From: Parcubacteria group bacterium GW2011_GWD2_38_12
GTDB lineage: Bacteria; Patescibacteriota; Minisyncoccia; GWC2-36-17
Direction: 5' to 3'
Assembly (NCBI GenBank): GCA_000992345.1
Contig: LBUA01000003.1
Location: forward strand, 1-47,369
Length of the DNA stretch: 47,369 bases
In this document: positions 46,355 to 47,369 of the stretch, in pieces
How the letters are laid out: each line of letters starts with the position of its first letter
How positions within the stretch are numbered: position 1 is the first letter of the stretch
Made by a program: the position numbers and the translations under genes
Notes under the pieces: model-generated
What the model saw: the letters and a program-made list of their open reading frames with translations, nothing else
What the model was told of the DNA's origin: nothing
Database searches by the model: none

Positions 46355-47233
46355 ATGATAGACCTTATTTTTAATTTGATAAATAAATATAAACAAAAAT
46401 CCATAATTGAAAAAATGGATTTAGCTAATGAATTGGACAAGGTTGTCCGCTATTTTATTATTCTAACTCCCGGACATTCGGGGAGTTTGTGGCTTAGCAA
46501 GATTCTAAGCGCTCATCCGGATGTTTTATGTTTTCATGAGGGTCCGGTGCAGAAAATTTTCCCTAAAAGATATTACAATTTGACCGATGAAGATATAATG
46601 ATTTGGCTATATTCCCTAAAAAGTACTTCCGCAAACCATTACGGGAAAATTTATAAGGCAATTGGGGGTATTGGTAAGATAACTCCCTCTGCTGCATTAT
46701 CTGAAAAAATAAGACCATATTTTTTGGTTTTTAATTTGACGCGCAATCCAATTAATTTTATTAATTCACAACTTCAATCTACCGACGAAAGAGTTATTCC
46801 AAAGAGAAAAAGAGAAGTTTTAAAAATATCGGAGAACGCGGTTAGTCATTCCCCTCAAATTAAGGAAATATATTCAAAAAGCCTAGATAATAAGTTGTTT
46901 GTTTGGGCGTGTTGGGAATGGTCTTATTATGCCGAGAGTTCGAGTGATGCATTATATAGAATGGAAGATTTGACAAGTGATTTAGAAATTCTCATAAGAT
47001 CTTTAGAGGAAATAACCGGCATCAATATTAGTGAGAATAAATATTTTATGGATAGCATTAAAAATCTCATGGAGAATCGAGTCAATTCTCATTTAAAAGA
47101 AAAACGGCGCGATCTGAATGATATTTATTTAAACCAATGGAACAATGACCAAAGATTTTTATTCAATAAAATTTGTGGCTTAAAAGCCAAAGAACTTTAT
47201 CCTGAGTTATCCAATATTTTGAATCATGAATGA
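46355..47233 (+). CDS. Sulfotransferase-fold (P-loop-like) protein
   Basis: PGHSGSLWL...L..HP.V.C.HE, TRNP.....S, YRMEDL. Confidence 0.6.
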   Translation: MIDLIFNLINKYKQKSIIEKMDLANELDKVVRYFIILTPGHSGSLWLSKILSAHPDVLCFHEGPVQKIFPKRYYNLTDEDIMIWLYSLKSTSANHYGKIYKAIGGIGKITPSAALSEKIRPYFLVFNLTRNPINFINSQLQSTDERVIPKRKREVLKISENAVSHSPQIKEIYSKSLDNKLFVWACWEWSYYAESSSDALYRMEDLTSDLEILIRSLEEITGINISENKYFMDSIKNLMENRVNSHLKEKRRDLNDIYLNQWNNDQRFLFNKICGLKAKELYPELSNILNHE

Positions 47234-47369
47234 TATTATCAAACCTACTATCTCCATCATCACCCCTTGCTTCAATAGTTCCAAATTTATTCGGGAATGC
47301 ATTGAAAGCATTTTAGGGCAAGATTATCCCCATATTGAACATATTATTCAAGATGGCGCCTCAACTGAC
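47226..47369 (+). CDS. Glycosyltransferase family 2, 5' part (runs off the window)
   Basis: MNDIIKPTISIITPCFNSSKFIRECIESILGQDYPHIEHIIQDGASTD. Confidence 0.9.
   Translation, partial: MNDIIKPTISIITPCFNSSKFIRECIESILGQDYPHIEHIIQDGASTD

Overview
AT-rich bacterial chromosome window using genetic code 11. Gene content, scarce Shine-Dalgarno sites and heptamer-repeat-rich intergenic regions suggest a CPR/Patescibacteria (Parcubacteria-like) genome; this is inference. 1-12.5 kb is housekeeping and RNA metabolism: gatA, a presenilin-like GxGD protease, a Rieske ferredoxin, thiI, elp3 head-to-head with a Trm9/ALKBH8-like methyltransferase, a beta-CASP nuclease and clpB behind a CIRCE element. 12.6-47.4 kb is a cell-surface glycan super-locus. 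It holds GT2, an O-antigen-ligase-like gene, YfhO, GT4 and galU; a four-helix-bundle + winged-HTH regulator; a 1.3-kb structured, motif-rich intergenic region; a probably highly expressed 1130-aa S-layer-like protein; a palindrome-bounded cassette encoding a secreted PLC/P1-nuclease-LTD-beta-helix protein; and a long nucleotide-sugar, lipid-carrier glycosylation and Wzm-Wzt operon that includes a radical SAM-epimerase fusion. Several families of palindromic or periodic repeats occur between genes and in frame inside proteins, most clearly a 147-bp element with terminal inverted repeats inside elp3. No rRNA, tRNA, CRISPR array, transposase or reverse transcriptase was recognised. All calls come from motifs read by eye; no searches were run.
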